This document shows positions 7,411 through 15,105 of a stretch of DNA of 24,957 bases, in pieces. Within the stretch, counting starts at the first letter, position 1. Each line of letters opens with the position of its first letter. The stretch is from a virus (Duplodnaviria > Caudoviricetes). The notes beneath the pieces are model-generated. The model was not told the origin of the DNA. It saw only the letters and a program-made list of their open reading frames with translations, and ran no database searches. The stretch is from positions 1-24,957 of IMG/VR virus record IMGVR_UViG_3300020042_009066; one strand, 5' to 3'. Both the position numbers and the translations under genes were made by a program.

Positions 7411-8542
7411 AAAAAGAAAGCTTGAAGCAAGCGCAATTCCAAATCTTAAAAGAATTTTTAGGAATATGGCAAACGACGCTGAAAGAATTTATCGCAAGAA
7501 TGGAACTATTGACAGCCAAGAATTAGCTAAGAACTACTATCCAGAGTTCTTAAAAGAAATTAGAGACATAATGCGCAAAACTACGCGCGAGTTTGGTTTT
7601 AGTTTGCGCGAAGACTTGCAAAAAAAAGGGCTTAACTTTGGCTTTGATTTAGAGCTAAAAGAAATCACCGATCCGAAAGTCAAAGATAAATTAAAAGAAA
7701 TCAACTCGGAGCTTCAAGATTCCGCAACATTCTTTATTGCTAATTCAAGCGAAGAGCAAGCAAGATTTATCACGCAAACAAACGCAAAAGAAATAGCCTT
7801 AGCAATTGCGCAAGAAGAAGTAAAATTTAACTCACAAAAAGCTTTGCCCGAGTGGATTATTATTGCGCGCAATATCAAGATTAATCTTTTAGACAAAAGC
7901 GTTGCAAGGAGTGAATTGATAGCCTCGCAAGTTGTTGGTTTGACTGAAAGTTGGGCAAGAAATGAAGAGGCGGAAATTATTGAAGATGCTGAACTAGAAA
8001 TTGACAATAAACCCATTCAGGTTCTTAAAACGTGGGTGGCAATTTTAGATAATAAAACCCGCGCCACTCACGCAATGGCGGACTTCCAACAAGTAGGAAT
8101 GAATCAAAACTTTATTGTTGGTGGTTTTGAAGCTAAATATCCAAGAGACGAAAACTTGCCAGCAGAGGAGTCAATTAACTGTAGGTGCATTGCAGACTAT
8201 TCTAACGCTTTCGGTTCAAAGTCTTTTAAATCAACCGAAACTTACAAACCAACCGATGAGATGGCAACAAACGCCGCTCGTGGTTTAGAATGGCGCAAAG
8301 AATATGGAAGGGGCGGAACTGCTGTAGGCGTTGCTAGAGCTAATCAATTAAAAAACAAAGAAAACCTAAGCGAAAGCACTGTAAAAAGAATGCATTCGTT
8401 TTTTTCAAGGCATGGTAATTATAGAAGCTCGCATTATGATTTTAGAGATGGCGAGCCGACAACTTGGCGCATTGCTTGGGAATTATGGGGCGGGGATGCT
8501 GGCAGAGATTGGGCAAAGAGAATTGCTGACAAGTTAAGATAA
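7394..8542 (+). CDS. Head morphogenesis protein (MuF / SPP1 gp7 family) with a C-terminal extension of about 100 aa
   Basis: KTWVAILDNKTRATH...F.VGG...YPRD...ESINCRC is the MuF signature; the extension runs YKPTDEMATNAARGLEWR...RIAWELWGGDAGRDW. Confidence 0.88.
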   Translation: MEIDARKRKLEASAIPNLKRIFRNMANDAERIYRKNGTIDSQELAKNYYPEFLKEIRDIMRKTTREFGFSLREDLQKKGLNFGFDLELKEITDPKVKDKLKEINSELQDSATFFIANSSEEQARFITQTNAKEIALAIAQEEVKFNSQKALPEWIIIARNIKINLLDKSVARSELIASQVVGLTESWARNEEAEIIEDAELEIDNKPIQVLKTWVAILDNKTRATHAMADFQQVGMNQNFIVGGFEAKYPRDENLPAEESINCRCIADYSNAFGSKSFKSTETYKPTDEMATNAARGLEWRKEYGRGGTAVGVARANQLKNKENLSESTVKRMHSFFSRHGNYRSSHYDFRDGEPTTWRIAWELWGGDAGRDWAKRIADKLR

Positions 8543-8543
8543 T

Positions 8544-8855
8544 TTATTTTACCGAATCATCTTTTTTCCAGCTCTTCCAATCTTGTTCAAGTTCAAATAA
8601 ATTAGCCAATTCAATTTTGCCCATCAAAAAAAGAATCGTCAAATCTTTGTGCAAGATATTCCAAACCTTGTAGCCAACGCCATATCTACGCCAAGCGTCG
8701 CAAACTTTAAGCGAATAGTTATTTTGTAGCGCAAAGTATTTGATGCACCCTTGGTAAGGCAATTCCTTTTTGTATTTTCTTAAAATCCACATCAACAAGT
8801 AATAGTTGCCGCTGAATTTTATGTTAAGGTCAATCGCTTCTTTGTCTTTAATCAT
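8544..8855 (-). CDS. Antisense hypothetical protein (103 aa from ATG 8855), possible HTH regulator
   Basis: Fills the gap between MuF and protease. IKYFALQNNYSLKVCDAWRRYG has HTH-like spacing. The track start at 8918 would leave almost no room for divergent control signals. Confidence 0.6.
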   Translation of the reverse strand: MIKDKEAIDLNIKFSGNYYLLMWILRKYKKELPYQGCIKYFALQNNYSLKVCDAWRRYGVGYKVWNILHKDLTILFLMGKIELANLFELEQDWKSWKKDDSVK

Positions 8856-8864
8856 ATTTTTTAG
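8847..8864 (+). promoter_or_regulatory. Repeated motif TTTAATCATATTTTTTAG, copy 2, upstream of protease/capsid; overlaps the ATG of the antisense gene
   Basis: Exact match to 6002-6019. Confidence 0.6.
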
Positions 8865-8930
8865 ATTGGGCTTTTGCAAAACAACAAATATTAATAAAGT
8901 CAATCTTTTTAAAAACAAATACTTTTTTTA

Positions 8931-9602
8931 ATGAAAAAAGAAATCAAGTCGCTTCCTTTTGAAGTGAAGGAAATAAACGAAGATAGCGAATATTTCACAT
9001 TTGAAGGTTATGCTTCAACTTTTGGAAATATAGATTTAGGCGATGACATTATTGTTCGTGGCGCATTTTCTCAAACGCTTAAAAAAAATTCATCATTGCC
9101 AGTTTTATGGCAACACCAAATGAGCGAGCCAGTTGGTAAATCAATTACTCTTTATGAGGATGACAAAGGATTGTTTATCAAGGCTATTTTGCCAAAATCA
9201 GACACCCTTGTTTCTGGGCGTATAATTCCACAAATGAAAGTAGGCTCTATTCGTGAAATGTCAATTGGTTTTTTTACTCGCGATTCCGACATGGAAAAAG
9301 GCGTGCGCCTTCTTAAAGAAATTGAATTATTTGAAGTGTCTTTAGTCACCAAAGCAATGAATCCACAAGCACTTGTAAGCGGCTTTAAATCAATGGAATC
9401 GCTAAAAGATATTGAACAATCACTTAAGGACATGGGGCTTTCCAATACTGAAGCCAAAACCCTTATTTCAAAAGTAAAAGAATTTTCTAATCAGCGCGAT
9501 GTTGAAGAAAAAAAACAAGAAGAAGCTCAGCGCGATGTTGAGATAAAAGAACAAATCCTAAGCGGTATGAGCAAATATATTAACAATCTAAAAATTAAAT
9601 AA
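8931..9602 (+). CDS. Prohead maturation protease, HK97 family (peptidase S78)
   Basis: FEGYASTFGNIDLGDDII.RGAF, VLWQH, EDDKGL, MSIGF, LFEVSLVT.AMNP.A. Confidence 0.95.
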   Translation: MKKEIKSLPFEVKEINEDSEYFTFEGYASTFGNIDLGDDIIVRGAFSQTLKKNSSLPVLWQHQMSEPVGKSITLYEDDKGLFIKAILPKSDTLVSGRIIPQMKVGSIREMSIGFFTRDSDMEKGVRLLKEIELFEVSLVTKAMNPQALVSGFKSMESLKDIEQSLKDMGLSNTEAKTLISKVKEFSNQRDVEEKKQEEAQRDVEIKEQILSGMSKYINNLKIK

Positions 9603-9603
9603 A

Positions 9604-10770
9604 ATGTCAGATTTTGAACAAAAACAACGTGAGCTTTTAGAAGAGCTTCGCAAAGGAGTTTCTGCTGAAGCGGAAGTTAAAATTCACGCACTTTTAGATG
9701 CGCAAGAAGAAAAAAACGAAGCTAAATTCAAAGAAATTCAAGCCAAAGCTGCCAAAGCTGAAGAGTTAGAAGAAAAAATGAACTCTTTGGAAGCCGACCT
9801 CAAAAGAGGAATTGGTGGAGAAGAAAAGCAAGCTAAAACTAATGAATTGAAAGCTTTTGAAACTTACTTAGTAAAAGGTAATTCCATTTTTACAGAAAAC
9901 CAAGCTGAGTCAAAATATTTGAGAACAGATAACAATCCTCAAGGCGGATATCTAGCTCCAACTGAATATGTTGCTGAAATCATCAAAAACATTACTGAAA
10001 TTTCACCAGTTCGTCAAGTTGCTCGCGTTATACCGACTTCAAGAAAATCAATCACGATTGCCAAAGAAACTGGGTTGCCATCTTTCACTTGGTTAGGCGA
10101 AGGCGAATCTATTTCAGGTTCTCAATCTGCTTATGGTAGCGAAGAAATCTTTGTCAATAAAGGCGGAATCAAAATTCAAATCACTCAAGAAATGATTGAC
10201 GATTCTTTATTCGATATGAGAAGCGAAATATCGTCAATGACAGCTTTAAAAATTGCTGAAGGCGAAGGAACTGCTTTTGTTTTAGGAAGCGGCGTAAAAC
10301 AACCAGAAGGACTTTTAACAAATCCATCTGTTGCCGAATACGCAAGCGGAGCTGCATCTAGCTTAACAGGTGATAGTCTTTTTGGAGTTCAAGGTGAAAT
10401 CAAAACAGGCTACAATCTGTCTTGGATGCTAAATCACAAAACCTTACATCAGCATATTAGAACTTTAAAGGATGGTTCAGGTCAATATTTGCTTCAAATG
10501 GGATTAGGTGCTTTACCTAATACTATTGCTGGTTTGCCATATGTTATTGCTAAAGATATGCCAGACGTAGCAGCTGGAACTTATCCAATCTTGCTTGGTG
10601 ATTTCAGAAAAGCCTATGTGATTGTAGACAATCGCCAAATCAGATTTAAAGAAGATACTTCGAGCGGTGCTGGAACTGATTCGATAATTTTTTATGTATA
10701 CAAAAGAACTGGCGGACAAGTTGTTCAACCTGAAGCTTTGAAAAAAATTAAAATTGCAACTTCTGCGTAA
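9604..10770 (+). CDS. Major capsid protein, HK97 fold with an N-terminal coiled-coil (delta) domain
   Basis: About 105 aa of E/K-rich N-terminus, then GGYLAPTE, WLGEGE, GSGVKQPEGLL, LKDGSGQYL, ILLGDF, KRTGGQVVQPEA. Confidence 0.95.
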   Translation: MSDFEQKQRELLEELRKGVSAEAEVKIHALLDAQEEKNEAKFKEIQAKAAKAEELEEKMNSLEADLKRGIGGEEKQAKTNELKAFETYLVKGNSIFTENQAESKYLRTDNNPQGGYLAPTEYVAEIIKNITEISPVRQVARVIPTSRKSITIAKETGLPSFTWLGEGESISGSQSAYGSEEIFVNKGGIKIQITQEMIDDSLFDMRSEISSMTALKIAEGEGTAFVLGSGVKQPEGLLTNPSVAEYASGAASSLTGDSLFGVQGEIKTGYNLSWMLNHKTLHQHIRTLKDGSGQYLLQMGLGALPNTIAGLPYVIAKDMPDVAAGTYPILLGDFRKAYVIVDNRQIRFKEDTSSGAGTDSIIFYVYKRTGGQVVQPEALKKIKIATSA

Positions 10771-10777
10771 TTAACTT

Positions 10778-10798
10778 AGAGGGGGAAACCCCTCTTTT
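10778..10798 (+). terminator. Stem-loop after the capsid gene (intrinsic terminator or attenuator)
   Basis: agagggg-GAAA-cccctct followed by a short T run. Confidence 0.7.
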
Positions 10799-10819
10799 AA
10801 CTCAAATAAAACAAATAAA

Positions 10820-11221
10820 ATGGCAAGCGTAGATTTAAAAAATAATATTAAGTCGCTTAATGCTCTTAATATTCAAGCAATTACAACTAATGCAACAACT
10901 GGTGGCGTTGAAATTGACACCCAAGGCTTTGATTCAGCCACTTTTGAAATAATTGTTGGCGCAAGAACTGATGGAACAGTCACTCCTCTTATTCAAGAGT
11001 CTGACACCTCGGGTTCTTACGCTGGTTCAGTTGCTGACGATGATTTGATTGGAACAGAAGCTCAAGCCGCACTTTCTACGGCTCATTCTCGCTCAATCAT
11101 TGGTTATGTTGGTAAAAAAAGATATGTTAAACTATCTTTGGTTTCAACGGCTGTCACTTCTGGCTTAACCGCTGGTGCTTCGGCAATCCTTGGAAGTGCA
11201 AGACACAATCCAGTTGCTTAG
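10820..11221 (+). CDS. Probable capsid-associated (cement/decoration) protein
   Basis: Immediately after MCP; small, rich in A/T/G/S and predicted beta strands (EIDTQGFDSATF, IQESDT, YVGKKRYVKL). Confidence 0.6.
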   Translation: MASVDLKNNIKSLNALNIQAITTNATTGGVEIDTQGFDSATFEIIVGARTDGTVTPLIQESDTSGSYAGSVADDDLIGTEAQAALSTAHSRSIIGYVGKKRYVKLSLVSTAVTSGLTAGASAILGSARHNPVA

Positions 11222-11228
11222 TTAACTT

Positions 11229-11255
11229 TAGAGGGGCGTAAAAACCCCTCTATTT
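11229..11255 (+). terminator. Second related stem-loop (terminator or attenuator)
   Basis: tagagggg-cgtaaaaa-cccctcta then ttt; same stem and ttaactt prefix as the hairpin at 10778. Confidence 0.65.
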
Positions 11256-11266
11256 AAAAAAAATTT

Positions 11267-11524
11267 ATGCAAATAAAAGTTTTAAAAAATACCAAAGCAG
11301 CAAAAGACAAACTAGGCATTGAAGCCTTTAATTATGAAGCTGGCAAGACTTACGAAATTTTTGATGAGTTAGCAAAAGTTTTTATTTCTCAAAACTGGGG
11401 CGTAGAATTGAAAGAACAAATTGAACAAAAAATTATCATCGAAGAAAAGGCGATTAATAACTTAGAAAATAAGGCAATCGATAATCTTGAAAATAAATCA
11501 ATTAAACAAAAAGGTAAAAAATAA
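11267..11524 (+). CDS. Small head-module protein with C-terminal repeats
   Basis: ORF track; EKAINNL-ENKAIDNL-ENKSI repeats. Confidence 0.7.
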   Translation: MQIKVLKNTKAAKDKLGIEAFNYEAGKTYEIFDELAKVFISQNWGVELKEQIEQKIIIEEKAINNLENKAIDNLENKSIKQKGKK

Positions 11525-11967
11525 TGACAGCTAACGTATTAAATCGTTTTGAACAACCAGCTTCTAGCTCACAAGACAATCCACTTATTCTTGAAGGAAC
11601 TGTTAAAACTGGCAATGGTCAAAGCCTTAAAAAAGTATATTTGACTGCTTCAATTCAAGACATCTCAACCGCTGGTCAAATTTATGTAGTGTCTCCAGTT
11701 GCTGGAACTATCAGTAAAATTTATTCAGTAATCAACGGAGCTATTGCAACGGCAAACTCGATTCTAACTCCAAAAATTGCTGGAACTGCTATTACTGGCG
11801 GTGCAATCACAGTTGCTTTTTCAGGTTCTGCCGCTGGCGATGTTGATTCTTCAACGCCAAGCGCAGCCAACGCAATTACTGCGGGTGCAGCAATTGAAAT
11901 TGAAACTGATGGGGCTTCTAGCAACACGGTTGAAGTTGTTTTAACAATCGAAATTACACTAAGCTAA
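11524..11967 (+). CDS. Probable head fibre/decoration protein
   Basis: Rich in A/T/G/S/I with beta-sandwich-like composition; translationally coupled within the head module. Confidence 0.55.
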   Translation: MTANVLNRFEQPASSSQDNPLILEGTVKTGNGQSLKKVYLTASIQDISTAGQIYVVSPVAGTISKIYSVINGAIATANSILTPKIAGTAITGGAITVAFSGSAAGDVDSSTPSAANAITAGAAIEIETDGASSNTVEVVLTIEITLS

Positions 11968-12326
11968 TGGCTACAAAAGATTTTCAACCAGTTATTAATT
12001 TTGATTTAGAAGTTGTAATTGCTGACGGCGCAACAACATCTAACGCCGTTGATTTATTAGGCACTAGTCTTTTAGCTTTGATTACTGATGCTGCGTTAGA
12101 TGGCACTGATTTTACTTTTGCAGTTTCCAACAATTTAAATGGAACTTACGTCCCATTAAAAAGAATGCCAGATGGCGCAACTTTAACTACTACTGTTGGA
12201 ACTTCTGCACAATATGCAACAAATCCAGCAGATTTTTCTTCTGTAAGATTCTTAAAGATTGTTTCGGGAACTGCTCAAAGTGGCGCGGCAACTACAATTA
12301 AACTTGTAAATAGAAGATTAGCGTAA
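11967..12326 (+). CDS. Probable virion accessory/decoration protein
   Basis: IADGATTSNAVDL...RFLKIVSGTAQ, beta-rich; lies just before the head-tail connector. Confidence 0.55.
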   Translation: MATKDFQPVINFDLEVVIADGATTSNAVDLLGTSLLALITDAALDGTDFTFAVSNNLNGTYVPLKRMPDGATLTTTVGTSAQYATNPADFSSVRFLKIVSGTAQSGAATTIKLVNRRLA

Positions 12327-12928
12327 TGCAACCAATCAACTACATTCTAGTTAGCGAAATAGGAAGCGAGCTTCTAACCTTAAGTGATATAAAAACTCAT
12401 TTGAGGTTAGACGGCTCTGACTATGATTCTATTTTGACTCCACTAATCAAAACATCGCGATTGATTGGCGAAAAGATAACTGGAAGGGACTTTATTGAAA
12501 AAGAGTATAAAACTTACTTAGATTATTTTCCAAATTATAGCTACGGTTACTACGATAACTACAATAACTACGAAGGAATTGAAATAAGAAAATCTAAATT
12601 GCTTTCAATTACTTCTATTCAATACTACGACGAAAACAACGTTTTACAAACTTTAAGCTCTAGCGATTATTACATAACAAGCGAAGCCGATTATTCTTCA
12701 ATTTTCCTAAATAAAGACAAATCTTTTCCAAACACTTATTGCCGCAAGCAAGCTGTTATTATCACTTTTAAAACTAGCTTTCCTAACTTCCCGCAAGATT
12801 TAAAACAAGCAATGCTTTCAGTTTGCTCTTACTTGTTTGAAAATACTGGCGACTGCGTAAACGAAGGCAATTCACAATTCAAGTCTTTGTTTTTTCCTTA
12901 CATCATCTCACAAATCTTTTTATTATGA
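12326..12928 (+). CDS. Head-tail connector/adaptor (HK97 gp6 / phiE125 gp8-like)
   Basis: LLTLSDIKTHLRLD, EKITGRDFI, SITSIQYYDENN, PQDLKQAML...LFEN. Confidence 0.85.
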   Translation: MQPINYILVSEIGSELLTLSDIKTHLRLDGSDYDSILTPLIKTSRLIGEKITGRDFIEKEYKTYLDYFPNYSYGYYDNYNNYEGIEIRKSKLLSITSIQYYDENNVLQTLSSSDYYITSEADYSSIFLNKDKSFPNTYCRKQAVIITFKTSFPNFPQDLKQAMLSVCSYLFENTGDCVNEGNSQFKSLFFPYIISQIFLL

Positions 12929-13317
12929 GATGTCAATCAATCAAAAGGAATACAAATAAAGTTTGCGCGGGTGATTTTAGAGACAGAATCATAATACAAA
13001 CAACATCAATCACGCCGAATAATTCACCTAATGGGCTTTCAAGTGTAGGGTTTGCAACTGTTGCAACTATGTGGGCTTTGGTAAAAACAAATCCTTCAAG
13101 AGAATTTATCGATGGCGTAAATATTGAAAACGGACTTAACACTGATTTTTACATAAGATATAATTCGGCAATTCCTTTAGACAAACAGCTTTGGATTGAA
13201 TATAAAAGCGTTTTATACAAAATAACCAACACCGATAATATTGACAAGATGGATAACATAGTGCGTCTAAGGTCAACCGAAAAAGGCGACAAAAACATTA
13301 ACGCCAACAAAAGATGA
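12925..13317 (+). CDS. Head closure / head-tail joining protein (SPP1 gp16-like)
   Basis: AGDFRDRIIIQ, VATMWALV, FYIRY, LYKITN; gene order. Confidence 0.85.
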   Translation: MRCQSIKRNTNKVCAGDFRDRIIIQTTSITPNNSPNGLSSVGFATVATMWALVKTNPSREFIDGVNIENGLNTDFYIRYNSAIPLDKQLWIEYKSVLYKITNTDNIDKMDNIVRLRSTEKGDKNINANKR

Positions 13318-13787
13318 TAAAAGTTTTTGAAAACTACAACAACGCCAAAACAATGAAGTTTTTGTATGATTTGCCAATCGAGCTAACAAAAGCAATCAGA
13401 CAAGGCTTTTACGTTTCTGGAAAGGAATTAGTAGTTGATTTAAACAAGGACATGAAAGCACCCAAAAGCGGTAGAAAATACAAAGTTTATAGCGGAGTTA
13501 GTGGTAAGTTGCAAAAACCAAGATTGCATACTGCATCAGCACCAAGTCAAACCCCCGCAATTATTACAGGTCGATTTAGAAAGTCCGTTGATTTTGCCGT
13601 TCGTGGAAACAGAACTCTTGAATTTGGTGCAAATCAATCTGCGCCAGTTTATGCCGAATTTTTAGAAAATGGAACTTCTAAAATGGAAGCTAGAGAGCCT
13701 TTCAAAAGAACAGTCTTAAAAAACAAAGAAAAAATCAAACGAAATATTGATATTCGGTTAAAACAAGCAATGACAGGTAAAAAATGA
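13314..13787 (+). CDS. Neck/tail-completion protein (HK97 gp10-like)
   Basis: HTASAPSQTPAIITGRFRKS and YAEFLENGTSKMEAREPF motifs. Confidence 0.8.
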   Translation: MIKVFENYNNAKTMKFLYDLPIELTKAIRQGFYVSGKELVVDLNKDMKAPKSGRKYKVYSGVSGKLQKPRLHTASAPSQTPAIITGRFRKSVDFAVRGNRTLEFGANQSAPVYAEFLENGTSKMEAREPFKRTVLKNKEKIKRNIDIRLKQAMTGKK

Positions 13788-14851
13788 GAGGGGCTTATGT
13801 TGTAAATAGATTAAAAGAAGAGCTGCCAAAATTTACCGATGGTTTTTCAACAATACTTTCGGTTGCTTCTTTGGTTAGAAGCTCTACAACAATAACTTGC
13901 ACGACAATCGCAAACCACGGCTTAACTACTGGCAATTATGCAACAATTAGAGGCGCAAAAGAGCCAATTGCTTTAAGCACAATAACTTTTTCAAACGGAA
14001 TTGCAACGGCAACTTCTTTAACAGACCACAAATTAAGCGACCCTTCTTTATTTTCTCAAGAAAATCTACCGCTTTACGTTGAAATTGCTGGAGCTACTGG
14101 ATTTAATGGAACTTGGGAACTTGTAAGCGTTCCAAGTAATTTGGTATTTAAATTTAAGGTTTCGGGAAGCCCTTCAAATGTTGCGGGTGGATTTCTTTTG
14201 CTCGAAGACCAAGAAGGCTACAACGGATACAAGCAAATAACAGTTACGGGCGTTAAAACTTTCACTTATACAACTACTGGTTTGATGCAATCGCCAGCTC
14301 AAGGAACGATTCAAGTTAGTTGCTTGGCAAGAATTGATTCTGCTGCCACTCCTCAAAGAATTCAGGATTTTTATTCTGCTAACGCATCGGGTATTTTAGA
14401 GACTTGGGCTTTTGTTGTTATGGGACAGAATCAAGGATTTAAAAATGACACCGCTGTTGGCGATTCATCGTCAGCCAAAAGAACGAATGAGAGTTATTGG
14501 TATACTTTGCAACAAGCTTTTAGCGTCTATGTTGTAATTCCTTCGACCACATCAACTTTGGGCGGAAATACGGCTGACATAGCTAAATCTTACTTACAAC
14601 CGATGATTAAAAGCTTGTCAAATTTTATTTTTAAAAGCGATTTCAACGAGCAACAAACTCAACCTTGCGTTTTTGCTGGTGATGAACCCGATGATTACAT
14701 TGAAGCAACCTACACGCACAGATTTGATTTTAGCGTTCAAAGTATAATTCAAACAATCGACACCGCAAATTTCAGCAATGGAGCGCCTTTGAAAATAATA
14801 GACGGGGTGTTTAGCGACAAGGATTTAAATTATTACGTCAACACTCGCTAA
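13784..14851 (+). CDS. Probable tail terminator/completion protein with inserted beta-barrel (E1 FCCH-like) domains
   Basis: Sits between the gp10-like gene and the gp38/sheath genes. Internal NHGLTTGNYATIRGA...GYNGYKQIT and DHKL...GFNGTWELV motifs; C-terminus YTHRFDFSV. Confidence 0.6.
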   Translation: MRGAYVVNRLKEELPKFTDGFSTILSVASLVRSSTTITCTTIANHGLTTGNYATIRGAKEPIALSTITFSNGIATATSLTDHKLSDPSLFSQENLPLYVEIAGATGFNGTWELVSVPSNLVFKFKVSGSPSNVAGGFLLLEDQEGYNGYKQITVTGVKTFTYTTTGLMQSPAQGTIQVSCLARIDSAATPQRIQDFYSANASGILETWAFVVMGQNQGFKNDTAVGDSSSAKRTNESYWYTLQQAFSVYVVIPSTTSTLGGNTADIAKSYLQPMIKSLSNFIFKSDFNEQQTQPCVFAGDEPDDYIEATYTHRFDFSVQSIIQTIDTANFSNGAPLKIIDGVFSDKDLNYYVNTR

Positions 14852-14865
14852 ATCATATTTTTTAG
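14851..14865 (+). promoter_or_regulatory. Repeated motif AATCATATTTTTTAG, copy 3, upstream of tail module 1
   Basis: 15-bp exact match to the cores at 6005-6019 and 8850-8864. Confidence 0.6.
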
Positions 14866-14919
14866 ATTTGAGTTAATTTATTTAAAGATAACACTTAAAT
14901 CAAAATAATTTAATTGTCT

Positions 14920-15105
14920 ATGAAATTAAAACTAAATCAAGATTTAAGAACGCCAAAAGGTAAGTTAGCCAAAGACGTGATTATAGAAATAGATGATGTT
15001 GAAGGAGTCCCTTTGGATAAATTTTGGCGCAACAGATTAAAAGATTCAGCAATAGATAATTGCGTAGAGATTGTTTCAAGTCAACCAACAAAAGGTAAAA
15101 AATAA
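14920..15105 (+). CDS. Mu gp38 / DUF2635-like small pre-sheath protein, copy 1
   Basis: FWRNRLKD motif and position immediately before a Mu-like sheath; ATG 14920 preferred over TTG 14914. Confidence 0.65.
   Translation: MKLKLNQDLRTPKGKLAKDVIIEIDDVEGVPLDKFWRNRLKDSAIDNCVEIVSSQPTKGKK

Noticed and set aside
8544-8855. Antisense ORF as the immunity gene of a MuF toxin
   Set aside because: It is on the opposite strand, whereas immunity genes are normally co-transcribed downstream, and the MuF extension shows no toxin motif I recognise.
7285-9142. Exact 17-bp repeat gagccagttggtaaatc at 7285-7301 (portal) and 9126-9142 (protease), both encoding EPVGKS, considered as att or recombination sites
   Set aside because: Both copies are inside essential genes, recombination would destroy them, and no recombinase is visible. 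One such match in 25 kb of biased sequence may be chance.
9491-9541. 15-bp direct repeat tcagcgcgatgttga (QRDVE twice) in the protease tail
   Set aside because: In-frame micro-duplication in a low-complexity C-terminal region; no sign of separate function.
12541-12576. Four imperfect 9-bp units (ctacggtta ctacgataa ctacaataa ctacgaagg) in the connector gene, considered as a diversity-generating retroelement target
   Set aside because: In-frame Tyr/Asn-rich loop; no template repeat or reverse transcriptase in the window.
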